Shown one piece after another: positions 14,290-27,155 of a stretch of DNA of 64,000 nucleotides. Made by a program: the position numbers and the translations under genes. The number at the start of each line of letters is the position of its first letter. The stretch's first letter is position 1. The notes under the pieces were generated by a model. The model ran no database searches and had not been told where the DNA came from. It saw only the letters and a list, made by a program, of their open reading frames with translations. The DNA comes from the human T2T-CHM13v2.0 reference genome, Homo sapiens. The stretch lies in the NCBI RefSeq assembly GCF_009914755.1, contig NC_060929.1, one strand, 5' to 3'.

Positions 14290-15430
14290 TGCAGTGTTTT
14301 CTCAGCCTGGCCTAAGGCTTTAAACATCATCTATATGCTGATGATTTCCAAGGCTTTCATCTCCAACTCTGCCCTCCCCACTGAGCACTAGATTAATCTA
14401 GGCAACTGCCTACTTCCCATCTCCACTGGGTATTTACTTACTAGACTTCTCTAAGTTCACACACCCAGAATAAAATCTGGCATTTCGCCCATTATTCCCA
14501 TTCCACCACTCTCCACCTTTCCTCTCTCCCAGGTGGCCTTATCTTTGTAAATGGTACCACCAGCAACCCAGTTGTAGGGAACATACAGAAAAGATTCTAG
14601 AACAGCCTCTTTCCCCCTACCCCACACAAATACATCAGCAAGTTTCTGTTGGTTCTGCCTACAAAATATATGCTGAGCTCCTCCACTTCACATAATCTCT
14701 ACTGCTGCCAACTAGCCCATCATCTCTATTCTAAATTTCTGCAACAGCACCTTACTTGGTTTCTCTGCTTCCCATCTTGCACCCCCTGACACCCACCCAC
14801 CACCTCCAGAGTCTTATTTTCCACAGAGCAAGCAGAGTTTTCCAACTGTTTAATCACATCATTTTACTCTTTTGCCTAAAATGTTCAAATGCCTTCCCAT
14901 GAAATCATCATCAGCAGCAGCAGCACCATCATCATTCCAAGGGTATCTGAGGCTTCTGGATTTGATAGGACTCTGCCTACCTCTCTGATTTAATTTACTT
15001 TCATCCTTCCCACTTTTTACTAAGCCCCAGCCATATGGCATTTTTTCTTCCTCAGATCCATGAAGCAATTCCTGCAGCCTGGACCACGTTTTCGTCACAT
15101 GGCTTCCTCTACTAGTCCTGTGAATCTGAGCACAGGTGTCGCTCATCAGAGACACCTTCCCCTCAGCCAGCACTGCCCAAGTCTCTCTGGTTCACTCATA
15201 GTTTTTTTCTCCGTGTATTTTGTTTCCTTCATCCATTCATCCCTATCTGAAACTGTACATATTACTTGCATATTTTTTCATTTTTTGTTGCTTATGTTGT
15301 TTCTGCCTACATAATTATCACATGTCTCCCAGTAAGTCATGTGGTTTAAGAACTATGCCTTCCTATCTACTGTCCACTAAATCTGAGAGTGTTTTATTTA
15401 TTTTTTCTTTTTGATGAATTATGAATAGTT
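14290..15430 (+). mobile_element. L2 (L2a-like) 3' portion
   Basis: catctatatgctgatgatttcca (RT YADD region), caactgcctact, gtaaatggtaccacc, tgaat-like tail. Confidence 0.8.
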
Positions 15431-16479
15431 GATCGAAAGTTTCAGCTTTTGGTTTCTAGTGAACACAGAAAATGTGCCCTCTTTAAACGTATGAAATTTC
15501 TTTCCAAATCAGTGACTCTCAATGGACCCTCTGTCACTGCAATGGTCAGTCTTACCTGACAGAGAATTATTAATCACTCAATGACACTCTCATGGAGAAA
15601 ATGATATTTCTTGAACTTTTGGGAGGACAATAGTCTATTTTATAATACTATTATATTAAATAATAGTATTGGACAATGAACATAATTCCAATACTTATTT
15701 TTTGGCCCAGTATAGACTGATAAGGCCCAACACTGACAAGTGAAACAACACAAAGGAATGCCTTGTCCATGTGTCTGAGTGTGCTCCAGCCCTGGGAGGA
15801 TGTGTCTTGGCAAAGCCTGGCTGGGACCCAGGTGGGTTTGAAGCCACCTGCCCCAGGGGAGGCTTGAACCTGGGAGCCTTCTGCATCTGCAGCTGTGGGA
15901 TCTTGACCTCATGACCAAGTGACAATGAACTTCTTCCACTTAGTCAGGCTCTACTAACCTTTTACCATTATAGTTTGTCCCTAACAGAATCACACTGAGA
16001 ATCTTTTAACTTACACAATGACCTCCTTTAAACATGAGGAGAAATTTAGTCTTGATTTATTTGACAGCAATTCGGTTTGAGTCCTAGTATTTGTTATGTT
16101 GATTTATGACAACAATATAAGTGCCGATGACAAAGAGTTTTATGACTTGTTCCAGACACAAAGTTCCACTTTAGCTCCCCATACACTGAGTTCTCTCTAC
16201 ATGCACAGATCAAAGCCGCTTGGCTGTTCCCTGGGAATGGAGCCCAGTAAGACCTGGCCAGCCCAATTATAGCAGTGACCTTCATAAATGGATCCTAAGC
16301 AAAAACCCAGTGCCTTCTCTTGGCCGGTATCAATGTCATCAAGGAAATAACATTGAAAAGCTTCATCTCGCCTCATACACTGTAGCTTGAAATACCCAAC
16401 ATTTCAAACTCTTTAGCTGAAAAGATGTCAAATAATTTATTTGTGAGAATAGCCGATTTTCACAACCCTGTAAGGCATG

Positions 16480-16620
16480 CAATTCACAAAAGGCAGCAAT
16501 AATATCCCCGTTTCAGTGGTGAGAAATTGAGGCCTAGAGAAGTGATGTGACTGGCATGGATCTATAAATTACTATGTTTTAATGCCAGAAGGCTGCCTCA
16601 ATTTTCACCCTCAGCCCAGG
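16480..16620 (-). mobile_element. MIR fragment
   Basis: atatccccgtttcagtggtgagaaattgaggcctagagaagtga. Confidence 0.65.
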
Positions 16621-17038
16621 GAACCCACCGTCCAATAAGACACTCTCCTCCACCTGCCTATCTTTGGGTTCTAGTTGGTAGTTTACAAGTTTTAAGTAAT
16701 AGAATGTTATTTCAATGAATGTTGCCTGAACGGATCATAGCAAAAATATAATGACCCCAAAATATCCAGAGAGTTCTATTTATCTCTAAGCAGTGTGATC
16801 AATTCATATTTCAGCTATCAATGACATATTAGAGGTTTGTCTACACTGTTGTCTTGATGGATGAATTGTAGCTGCATATTTGCTCAGGTAGAAAACAATA
16901 TTTTTTACAAGTGATCAAAGGAAGCTCTTGTTCACTTGAATGAGAAGATATTATACTTTACTGAGGTCAAAAAGCTTAGAAATAGATGGTAATCTGGAGT
17001 CAAGATTTAGGATAAAATCTAAAGTCTAAGTCAGTAGA

Positions 17039-17413
17039 TGATATGGTTTGGCTGTGTCCCCACCCAAATCTCATCTTGAATTGTAGTTCCCATATTCTCC
17101 ATGTGTCATGGGAGGGACCTGGTGGGAGGTAATTTAATCATGCGGACAGTTACCCCTCATGCTATTCTCATGATAGTGAGTGAGTTCTCATGAGATCTGA
17201 TGGTTTTATAAGGGGCTCTTCCCCCTTTAGCTGGGCACTTCTCCTTGCTGACACCATGTGAAGAATGATGTGTTTGCTTCCCCTTCTGCCATGACTGTAA
17301 GTTTCCGGAGGCCTCGTAGCCAAGCTGAAGTGTGAGTCAATTAACCTCTTTCCTTTATAAATTACCCAGTCTTGGGCATGTCTTTATTAGCAATATGAGA
17401 ACAGACTAATACT
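17039..17413 (+). mobile_element. THE1C MaLR solo LTR
   Basis: tgatatggtttggctgtgtccccacccaaatctc start and gactaatact end; TSD GTAGA on both sides. Confidence 0.93.
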
Positions 17414-17564
17414 GTAGAAATATTCTAACAGCAAAACCTGTCAAGTCTGCAGCCTTCAAAGCTTGCTTTAAGCAAGATTTAAGACTATCATGGTTTGTTG
17501 TCACTTAATCACGAAGTCTACATATCTTCCCTTTATCAGGATGCAATGACAAAGGTTTATCTTG

Positions 17565-17878
<314 letters not shown>

Positions 17879-18571
17879 TCAAAACAGATTAGATAAGCAC
17901 ACTATCTAGATATTTCCTTCTCTTCTGCATCTCTCACTACAATGTATTATCAACTTTTGTCTCTCTGACAACCAGCTCCCTCCAGACTCTGAGCTCTTTG
18001 AGGGCAATGATTCTATTTCATTTCTAGTTGTGTTCCTAATACAAATAAGTGATCAAGAAATATTTGACATTAAAAGCAAAACATATCATATTCATTTCTA
18101 TTTACAGAAATCCTAATATCAGGGGTTCACCAAGCCTACACTGTAATGGAAAGTCACAAAAGTTCGAGAATATAGCACCTTAAAACTAACAATGTATATA
18201 TATGATCAGGCTGATAGATAGGAAATCCCAAATACCAGAAAGTAGACACTCCTTTCTGTCATTTAAATGTTGTTGACTTGGGGAATTAAGAGATGTGACT
18301 TTACAAAAGGAACATTTGAAGTGAAAAGTTTTGCTTAATTATAATTCCTATCAGTAAGTCATTACTCATGCCTTCTGACTTGGGAATTTTGTCTTTAAAG
18401 AAACCAAAGTGTTGCAGAAGTAAGAGTTAATTATTTTTAAAGACTAGTACTAAGTAGTTCAATATCCCTGAATTATATTTAAATTACTAATGGCCTAAAT
18501 AAGCAGATTTATGCTAAGATACATGGGATCTTAGCTATGTACCTTCTTCGTTCTTCATGGTATACACATTA

Positions 18572-19005
<434 letters not shown>

Positions 19006-20489
19006 CACAGACTTTCATCATTCTCCAGGAGTAATTAACAATAGCTTAAATTAATTTCCATAATTAATAGAGTCGCAGAATTTGTCTCCTTGATAGTGGT
19101 ATTTATTTCTTGAGTGCATACTCTTGTGCTTTGGTTGAATAATGCTGCCAATGAGATACATGGGCAATACAAAACAGCTTCTTTGTGACATTTTCTAAGA
19201 AGTTTTTGCCAATGTCAAGACTTCTTAATCAAAATCCATTTTGCTTTGGGGTTTTTATTTTAATGTCAAGATGGTATTCATATGGCAATTATTCTGTTGC
19301 AAGTAGCTTGGATAAGTAATGAAATTGTGGCTTACCTGGCTTCTTCTCCATAATTTTGTAGATAAACGTGTGTGTATATGTGTATGACACTTATTGAAGC
19401 TTAAATTAAAATAATCTTTTTAAAGTGCTTCTTATTAAAACCACTGATGACATTTATGAGAGATGTAAGCAAACCCTGATGCTTCCTTCAAAATGATAAG
19501 AGAAAAATGTCACAAGAACCATCATTTTATGGTATTCAGAATTCATGAAAAACCACCACTAGAAGCTAAGGAACTAGCCAAAGCTGCTGTCCAATCAGGC
19601 ATTCAAAGACATTAATGGACGCCTCTGAATTGAATTTGTATGTATTAACCTATGTTTTCTTCTTCCAGCAATATATTGCTTCAGGGCTGAATTAAACGCT
19701 GGTGTGGACTCATTTCCTGGAGATAACCAATGTAACTAGCCCATGGAATTAGAGCCTGTTGCCTGCTAAAGTCTCAGCTCTTGGGTCATCTCTTTCTTAC
19801 CAGCTCTCTTACTGTCCTCAAGCTGGGTAAAGCTAGGATTAGAATTAGGCCTTAATCTGTGTTTCCATGATGGTTAGTACATGTCTGTAGCTTAATATCA
19901 CCCTACCAGGGACTGACAACTTTTGCTCCCCTGTCTCTACATCTGACTCCCGAACAAAACCCCATGTCCCCTTCATTCAATGCATCAATTGCTTTAAGTC
20001 CTTTAAGTCTTGTTTATTTTTTCATCTATAATGACATGACAGAACTGTATTTAAAATATACATGCATTTATGTAGTGAAGAGTAAAATGTCTGCCAATTG
20101 AAAAAGTTTGAATACTTTCAATAAAAAATTTCGAAAATTCTTCCTTGACAATGGACATTTTTCCTATACTTCTTTTTTTAAAATAGTGTGATTATTTTGA
20201 AGGTAACTTGCTTCTTACTAAGAGTACAATTATGCTTCTGGTTTATCTGCATGCCCTTTACATTTTCAGTTAACTTATACTGATCACCTTTTATGTAGAG
20301 ACTATGTTTAGCAGGTTAAATAAAATATCTTTAATTTACAAAGTTACATAATGATGTTCAGACAGGTTAAAAAATGTGCCTGAGGTCTGACTTGTGGTAA
20401 GTCTGAAGAAACAAGATTTCTGCCTCCCCTTTTCCCACCTGATGTATTATTTCTGCTTCATTCTACCAAGATTAAAAACTCCAAGTGAT

Positions 20490-20820
20490 GCAAAAAAATG
20501 TGAATCTACAGAATCACTTCCACTGCTGATGGGAAAACAATTAGACAACCATTTTGGAAAATAATTTGGCATTAGCGTATTAAGATGAATTTTAACTCTT
20601 GGGCGTTTAACAAAGAGAAACTCCTGAAAAATGTAAAGGCAGAGACATGTACAAGGCTGTTCATGGCAGAAATGTTTGTAACAGCAGAAACTCAGAAGCA
20701 GTCCAAATGCTCATTGAGGAAAGAATGGATGAATTGTGGGTATAGTCACATGACGGAATATTCTAGGGCAGTGATGAACTACAGTGGAGCACAGCATACA
20801 GGCATATCAAACTGTGTTTC
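20490..20820 (+). mobile_element. L1ME 3' fragment
   Basis: actgctgatggg, caaccattttggaaaataatttggca, gagacatgtacaagg, gaatggatgaattgtgg. Confidence 0.75.
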
Positions 20821-20829
20821 ATCACTGAG

Positions 20830-21030
20830 TGGGGTGGCATAACATACACTTGAGAGTCCAGACAGGGGAGCCAGACCTGCTGTAGCACCAATATCAGTGT
20901 GGCCCTGGACAATTCTGGAACCTCTTTCATCCTCATTTCCACATCTCTGGAGTGGGGACAATAGTACCTACCTGATAAGGTCCTTGTGAGAACTAAATGA
21001 ATATACATATAGCAATTAAAATGGGCAATG
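20830..21030 (+). mobile_element. MIR
   Basis: catctctggagtggggacaatagtacctacctgataaggtccttgtgagaactaaatga. Confidence 0.8.
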
Positions 21031-21213
21031 ATGCAAAATATGTGTTTTGTCTCACCATTTAAACATCATTTAGTAGAATCTAGTAGAATTTGAGTAGATA
21101 TTCAAACTACTTATGTTTCATATTCATTAAGCAATGTAGAAGAGATCATTTCTATATCTTACAGTAGAACTATATTTGCTGTATTTAACATACGAAAAAT
21201 TTTGACACATTTA

Positions 21214-21346
21214 TTAGGTTGGTGCAAAGGTAATTGCAAAAGTAACTACTTACTTCCTGAGACATCTCTTCTTTCCTATTTAATTGCAAAAGAAATCACC
21301 ATTACCTTTAATGGCAAAAACCGCAATTACTTTTGCAATGGCCTAA
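21214..21346. mobile_element. MADE1 MITE with internal insertion
   Basis: Both Hsmar1 TIR ends and TA TSDs present; about 50 bp of foreign sequence inside the left arm. Confidence 0.9.
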
Positions 21347-21619
21347 TAACTGAAACCATGAAAAACAGTGGTTATAACTTTGAAGGACAATATTCATAAT
21401 TATTTGTATACAGTCCCTTAAAGAAACACGTATACACTTAATATAAAGTATTTTCCCCTATTAATTGAATTTATACTTAAAAAATTATGTTCTTAAAAAT
21501 AATGTAAGGCCATTCATCAAATAAGCATTTTAGCATGACTATACATTTTTAAGTACTGAAATTAGAAATGATGGAGATAGATAATCTTAGAAACACAAAT
21601 AAAAAAATCCAAATTGAAG

Positions 21620-21785
21620 TAGTAGATCTTTGAAATCATCTACTCAAAACCCTTGATTTTTCAAATGAGGAAAACTGAGAACCAGAGAAGTTAACAAATA
21701 ATCAAAAAATCACATGAGTTGGAGGACAGGACAATACGTAGAAACTCTATATTCTGGCTGTTAGTTCTCTCTCCAGTGTGTCACA
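21620..21785 (-). mobile_element. MIR
   Basis: tttcaaatgaggaaaactgagaaccagagaagttaa. Confidence 0.65.
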
Positions 21786-22579
21786 TAAGTGTATTTTAAA
21801 TAAATGTACCCCATGACACAAGAGCTATGCAAGTGATAAGACCATAGGCATTTATTCTATGGCCTGGGACTATGTAGTGGACCATCAGAAGTCCCAAGAT
21901 CATCAAGGATGGCCAAGTGGCTACTGAAAAATCACATGCATGACAATGGTATTCTCTTTTACACAAATATTCCTGTGTGGTGGACCATCAGAAGTCTCAA
22001 GGTCATTTTAGCACCATGAGATGGTCCTCTATCTCCATGATGGCCAAGTGGTTACTAAAAATCATACACATAACAATGATTTTTCTTCCTTAGACAAATG
22101 CTTCTATTTCTGACTTCTCTCTCTTGGTTTATGACATTACATTTTTCCTGTTACCCAAGTTTGAAACGGTGATATTGGCTTTAAGCTCTCATGCTCCTTT
22201 GCCAACTACATTTGCCTACTTACTCGCTGAGACAGCTTTTCTTTCCAATTTAATCTCCTTCTCTCCTCTGGGCCATTTTCTCGCTACAAAAATGATCACT
22301 TTTTACAGTTTTCTTCAACTCTTTTTTGTCAAGGCATGATCTACTATGACTTTGTCAAGCACCTAAAAATATTTCCTTTTATTTTTCTCATGCATTTACA
22401 TTTTAGTCCACTGCAAAAGAGTTTCTATCATTCCCACTCTACAGAAATGCCTTGTCACACATGACCAATAGTTTCCTATTTACTTTCACATCTGCAGTAT
22501 CTGATGGTTAACTACACATCCTTCTTAATGTGGTTCACATACTTTGGCCTTGGTGTTAATAATATTCTAATTTCTACCT

Positions 22580-22690
22580 GTTTTTCCTTCCTTCCTTGCT
22601 TCCTTCCTTCCTTGCTTCCTTTCTCCCTCCCTCCCTCCTTCCCTTCCCTTTCCTTCCCCTTCCTTCCTTCCTTCCTCCTTCCTTCCTTCT
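22580..22690. repeat. (CTTC)n / pyrimidine tract at an Alu tail
   Basis: Visible directly in the sequence. Confidence 0.9.
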
Positions 22691-22978
22691 TTTTTTTTTG
22701 ATGTAGTCTCATTCTGTCATCCAGGCTGGAGTGAGTGGCGTGATCTTGGCTCACTGCACCCTCCACCTCCCAGGTTCAAGCAATTCTTCTGCCTCAGCCT
22801 CCTGAGTAGCTGGGATTACAGGCATGTGCTACCACGCCCGGCTAAGTTTTGTATTTTTAGCAGAGACAGCGTTTCGCCATGTCAGCCAGTCTTGTCTCAA
22901 ATTCCTGGCCTCAAGTGACCCACATATCTCTGCCTCCCAAAGTGTTGGGATTACAGCCGTGAGCCACTGCGCCCAGCC
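22688..22978 (-). mobile_element. AluS/J
   Basis: Antisense full Alu dimer. Confidence 0.95.
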
Positions 22979-24264
22979 CTGTTTGCTGTTTCTTTTTGCC
23001 AATCTCTTTGTTCAGTTTTGTTTCCCTCAAAATGCAGCCTTTCTCCTAGGTATTGCCTGTAAGGATTTATTCCTTTGCATACATTTTCTTCCATTATTTG
23101 GTCTGTTCTTAAAGCATCATCCATCATATCTACTCGTATCAGACCTGTGGCTATGCATGTGCCAAGGTTTCCAGAAAATTCCAGGAATACATTTCTAATT
23201 GTCCATTACCTCCGAGGATGGCCAAGTGGTTACTAAAAACCATACACATAATAGTGTTTTTCTCCCTTACACAAATGCTCCTATTTCTGAATTCTCTATC
23301 TTGGGTTACGACACTGATGTTGGCTTTGAGTCATTGACCTCTACTGACATCATCTTCATAACTTCTCACCCCTGGAAGGAAATTCCTTGGACATTCCTCA
23401 GTAGCTGGATCTCTGATACCCCATTTCATTCTCACCTCATCTAACACTATTTGATATCACTTGATGTCATAGTTTCTAGATCTGGTTTATGTTTTGCCTT
23501 CTATGTTGCCATATTTTAGCTCATCCATCATTCATTCATCATATATTAACTATGTATACTATAACAGGTACACACATTAGAAGTTTTTCTTCACCTGGTT
23601 ACTTAACAAACATTTACTGAGCAGCTATTATTCTAAGCTCATTGTTAGGTCAGAAGCACATTCATACAAAAATGAATATTAAATGGCTCTTGATCTTAGT
23701 TCTGTGTCATATTGGTATATAGAGGAATATGAGCCAGTTTGCAAAATGTCTTCAAGGGAACAATATTTCCACAAGTGTTACAGAGAAATAAATAAGGGCA
23801 CACACTGGGTCAAAGTTAAACAAGCATCTTTATTATGGAATTCTCAGAGCCACTTATATGTGAATTCACATTCTCAATTTCCCAGAAAGGGAAGGGAATA
23901 CAGAACTGCCAAATTATTATACCACAGGCTTTTGCCTCTTTTCTCAGTCTGATAAAGTAGGTGTGTTTGACTGCCCACATTTTATGGATGGAAAAGGGAA
24001 TTCAAGTAAATATAGTAATAGATGGTACACTGATGGCTAATATCTATCCTTCAAGGGCTGCTAAAAGTTTTGGCTCCTTTATTTTTCACGTATTTAGGAC
24101 TTTAACAACATGCCCTATACCTTCATCATTCTCTGCCTCCTCTACCTAACCCTATCAGGCTTTTTTTTTTTAATACCATTCATATCTAACCATACCAGCT
24201 ACTTGTGTCATGATGTCCATTTCATGTCATTTGAAAAATCTCAAAGGAAACTCTCCATCAATTA

Positions 24265-24508
24265 CTGACCCACAATCCCCTACACAAAACACTTGGAGCT
24301 AGACGTATTTCTGAATTCAGAATGTTTGAATACAAATATATTACTATAACTACACTGTGGAATCAAAGAGAAGCACTTAGGATCAACACGTTAAAGTTTC
24401 TGCAAAAATATGCGCAATTTTGCTCACAGTTAGTGAGATTAATAAAACTATAAAGAGCTGCATGCTAGTTCAGGTCAGGTTTGGACCCAAAAAGGAAAAA
24501 ACTTCTGG
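24265..24508 (+). mobile_element. MER46C (TcMar-Tigger) fragment
   Basis: ccacaatcccct..cttggagctagacgtatttctgaattcagaat and agttcaggtcaggttt match the recalled consensus. Confidence 0.75.
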
Positions 24509-25197
24509 CCACTTGTGTCCTTAACATCTTGCTTAGAACAAGCTGCTAATTGCTCCTAGGAAACGTCTTCACAACATTCACTACACACTCATAAACCCAC
24601 ATACATGTCCACACAGGTGCATGCACATATATCTTATAGATTTTGGAGTCAAATGATAATAAATGTAATTTGGTAAAAATACTACTTAAGCCTCTTATTT
24701 TTCCACACCTCTGACTATCCGAAATTTTACCAAGAAATAATTACCACTGCATGGTACAGTTTACCATAAATTGATTTTTTTCACAGTCATGTCACTTTAT
24801 TCTACTCAAAGCAAACACTTATGATTATTACCCAATCAATCTTTCAGGAATTAGGCGAGCTTAATTTTACATATATTGAGTATCATTTGTATACTCATTT
24901 TATATGATTTTATCCGATTATTGTATCTATCAGATATTCATTCTCAGCTAAATGTAAAATACATTTGAGGAAACATAATTAAGTAACTAGAAACCATATT
25001 CTGTTTACCTCCATTTTTAAAAAATTATGCAACTTTGGAACTTGTGTGAATTCAAGAAATATATTTTGCAAAATTAATCGACAATCATTTTTAAAAGTTA
25101 TTATGTTATTTCTGAAGTTTTGTGGTGTATGACTTTTATTTACATGCACTAAAAACATAAAAGTCCTAAAAATAAAAACAACTCAAAATTATTCTCA

Positions 25198-25508
25198 GGC
25201 CAGGCACAGTGGCTCATGCCTGTAACCCTAGCACTTTGGGAGGCCAAGACGGGAGGATCACCTGAGGTATGGAGTTCGAGACCAGCCTGGCCAACATGAT
25301 GAAAACCCATCTCTACTAAAAATACAAAAAGTAGCCAGGTGTGGTAGTGCATGCCTGTGATCCCAGCTACTCCGGAGGCTGAGGCATGAGAATCACTTGA
25401 ACCCGGCAGGCAGAGGTTGCATTGAGCTGAGATCATGCCACTGCACTTCAGCCTAGGTGACAGAGTGAGACTGTGTCTCAAAAACAAAAAACAAAAACCC
25501 CAAAACCA
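25198..25508 (+). mobile_element. AluSx-like
   Basis: Full dimer; TSD core ttattctca on both sides. Confidence 0.96.
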
Positions 25509-25893
25509 AAATTTATTCTCAGTATTTTTTCTTTCCTTTATCTGGCACTGCATGCAGTCTGAGAGTACAGTTGATATGTAGTCCTAGTGGGTTACTCATT
25601 AATTAGTCTTTTTAAATCCTATGTACAGGAGTCTCTGTTGATCAGAAGCCATATGCACTCTCTACATGGGTTGTAATAAATATATTTTAAATTTCTGAAC
25701 TTGTTTGCATGATGGCATAGAAAGAAGTTTAGATAAACATTCCAAACAGAAGGCATATGCATTTTGGCTTGGCTGAGTTTATAAAAATGACATGATCTAA
25801 AATATCTCAGTTTCTTAATGCTGCACAAGTAGCTGGAAATTTCTCTCACTGTACTCATCCCAGCTAGAGTCGTAACCCTTCTCCATTAACTAC

Positions 25894-25910
25894 TGGTGCC
25901 ATCTGTTGGT
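25894..25910 (-). promoter_or_regulatory. CTCF core motif (candidate)
   Basis: Minus strand reads ACCAACAGATGGCACCA, one mismatch to CCASYAGRKGGCRS, in non-repeat DNA. Confidence 0.5.
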
Positions 25911-26217
25911 ATGAAATGAATGGGCATCCAGATTGGTGGGTATTTAAATCACTCACAGAAGAAAAATCATGTGATTCACCTTATTATCTGACCTGTGAAG
26001 TTTCCATCATACTTTAGTGATTAGATATTTTCAAATATGTTTTCAATAAATGTTTAAAATAATGTATGAAATGCATTTCAATATCAACAAAAAGCATTTT
26101 AATCGATGATATTTTGCATTTCTTGATTTTAAAATATAAATCTTAAATAAAAACTTTGAAAACAGTAGCTTCATCATTATTTTTGGTATTCTTTCCAAGA
26201 AATGAATAATGGCTAAT

Positions 26218-26775
26218 AGGTATCCTAATCATCCTTTTTTATTTTCTGTAATGCTGATGTTTTGACATCTTGGGACCTGGCTGACCTGGAAGGGACAGCT
26301 CCTGCCAGTGCTTGTGTACCCCTAAAGAGAGTAAATGACCAGCCCAACAGCCTACCTTTCATATGCAAGGTAACCAATCCAGTGCCCAATCACATCACTG
26401 CCTCCTCTACAGGGCTGTCACATTCAGGACCAATATTCCCCTGCCTAGTCATCCCAGGGGCAGAGAGCACACAATCCAGGACAGCGCCTACAGCCCACAG
26501 CCTGCTGAAATTATTCAAACTATCCAAACCTAAACCTGTTTACCCAGCCTTATTCTTCCTTCATACAGAAAGCCAAATAAAGGCGCTTGCCCACATTTCC
26601 CCTTTGCTCCCTCTGCCTCCTGACTGGCCCAGTGCTTGTCCGTATAGCCTGGAATATCATGGGGTGCCCCTCATTTTGGGAACTATGAGTAAAGAACTAT
26701 CTTTTAATAGCAGTTGTCTCCTGGTCTGTTGGTCTCACAATGCCTGAGTTATAATAAAACTTACCTTTCAAAACA
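26218..26775 (+). mobile_element. MER74A-type ERVL solo LTR
   Basis: ttttattttctgta..gatgttttgacatcttgggacctggctgacc; cctttcatatgcaa..accaatccag; aataaa; ends aaaaca. Confidence 0.8.
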
Positions 26776-26939
26776 ATAGGTCACTGGGTCTATTATCTGT
26801 TTTGAAGTCCCCATGATTATAACCTGTGACATCCTGGGCTCTTTATATCTGGAGGCTGGAGTTGTTCTTCCTAGTTCCAGGCAAAAGTGCCAGGTGACAC
26901 TTAGCCTAGTGGCTCGGAAGCCTATTCCCAGAATTTCTG

Positions 26940-27155
26940 GATGTCGAATACCTGAATAGTCTATTTAGTGCTCAGGGCATATGAACCTCAACATGGCCCT
27001 GATGGAACACATGACTTATTAGCCAAAATGTGGTCTGCTTGACCCTGTCTGTCTCATGCCAGAGATCAAGAATAGTTGTAGGTCCTGGCTCACTGCTGTT
27101 TACTCAGCCATTCTCAGGAGTCTCCTGAAAGAACGGTGTATATGTGAGTGGATGA
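26940..27155 (+). mobile_element. L2 fragments
   Basis: acctcaacatggccc...tgaccctgtctgtctc...gagtggatgag. Confidence 0.5.

Larger units (their letters stand above)
21873..23330 (+). repeat. Three related copies of a ~100-200 bp module (21873-21973, 21976-22185, 23201-23330)
   Basis: Shared gatggccaagtggYtact..aaaa.ca.a..cat.a.a.tg...caaat; copies 1 and 2 also share gtggaccatcagaagtc. Confidence 0.9.

Noticed and set aside
26262-26747. 161-aa ORF
   Set aside because: Entirely within the MER74A LTR; non-ATG start
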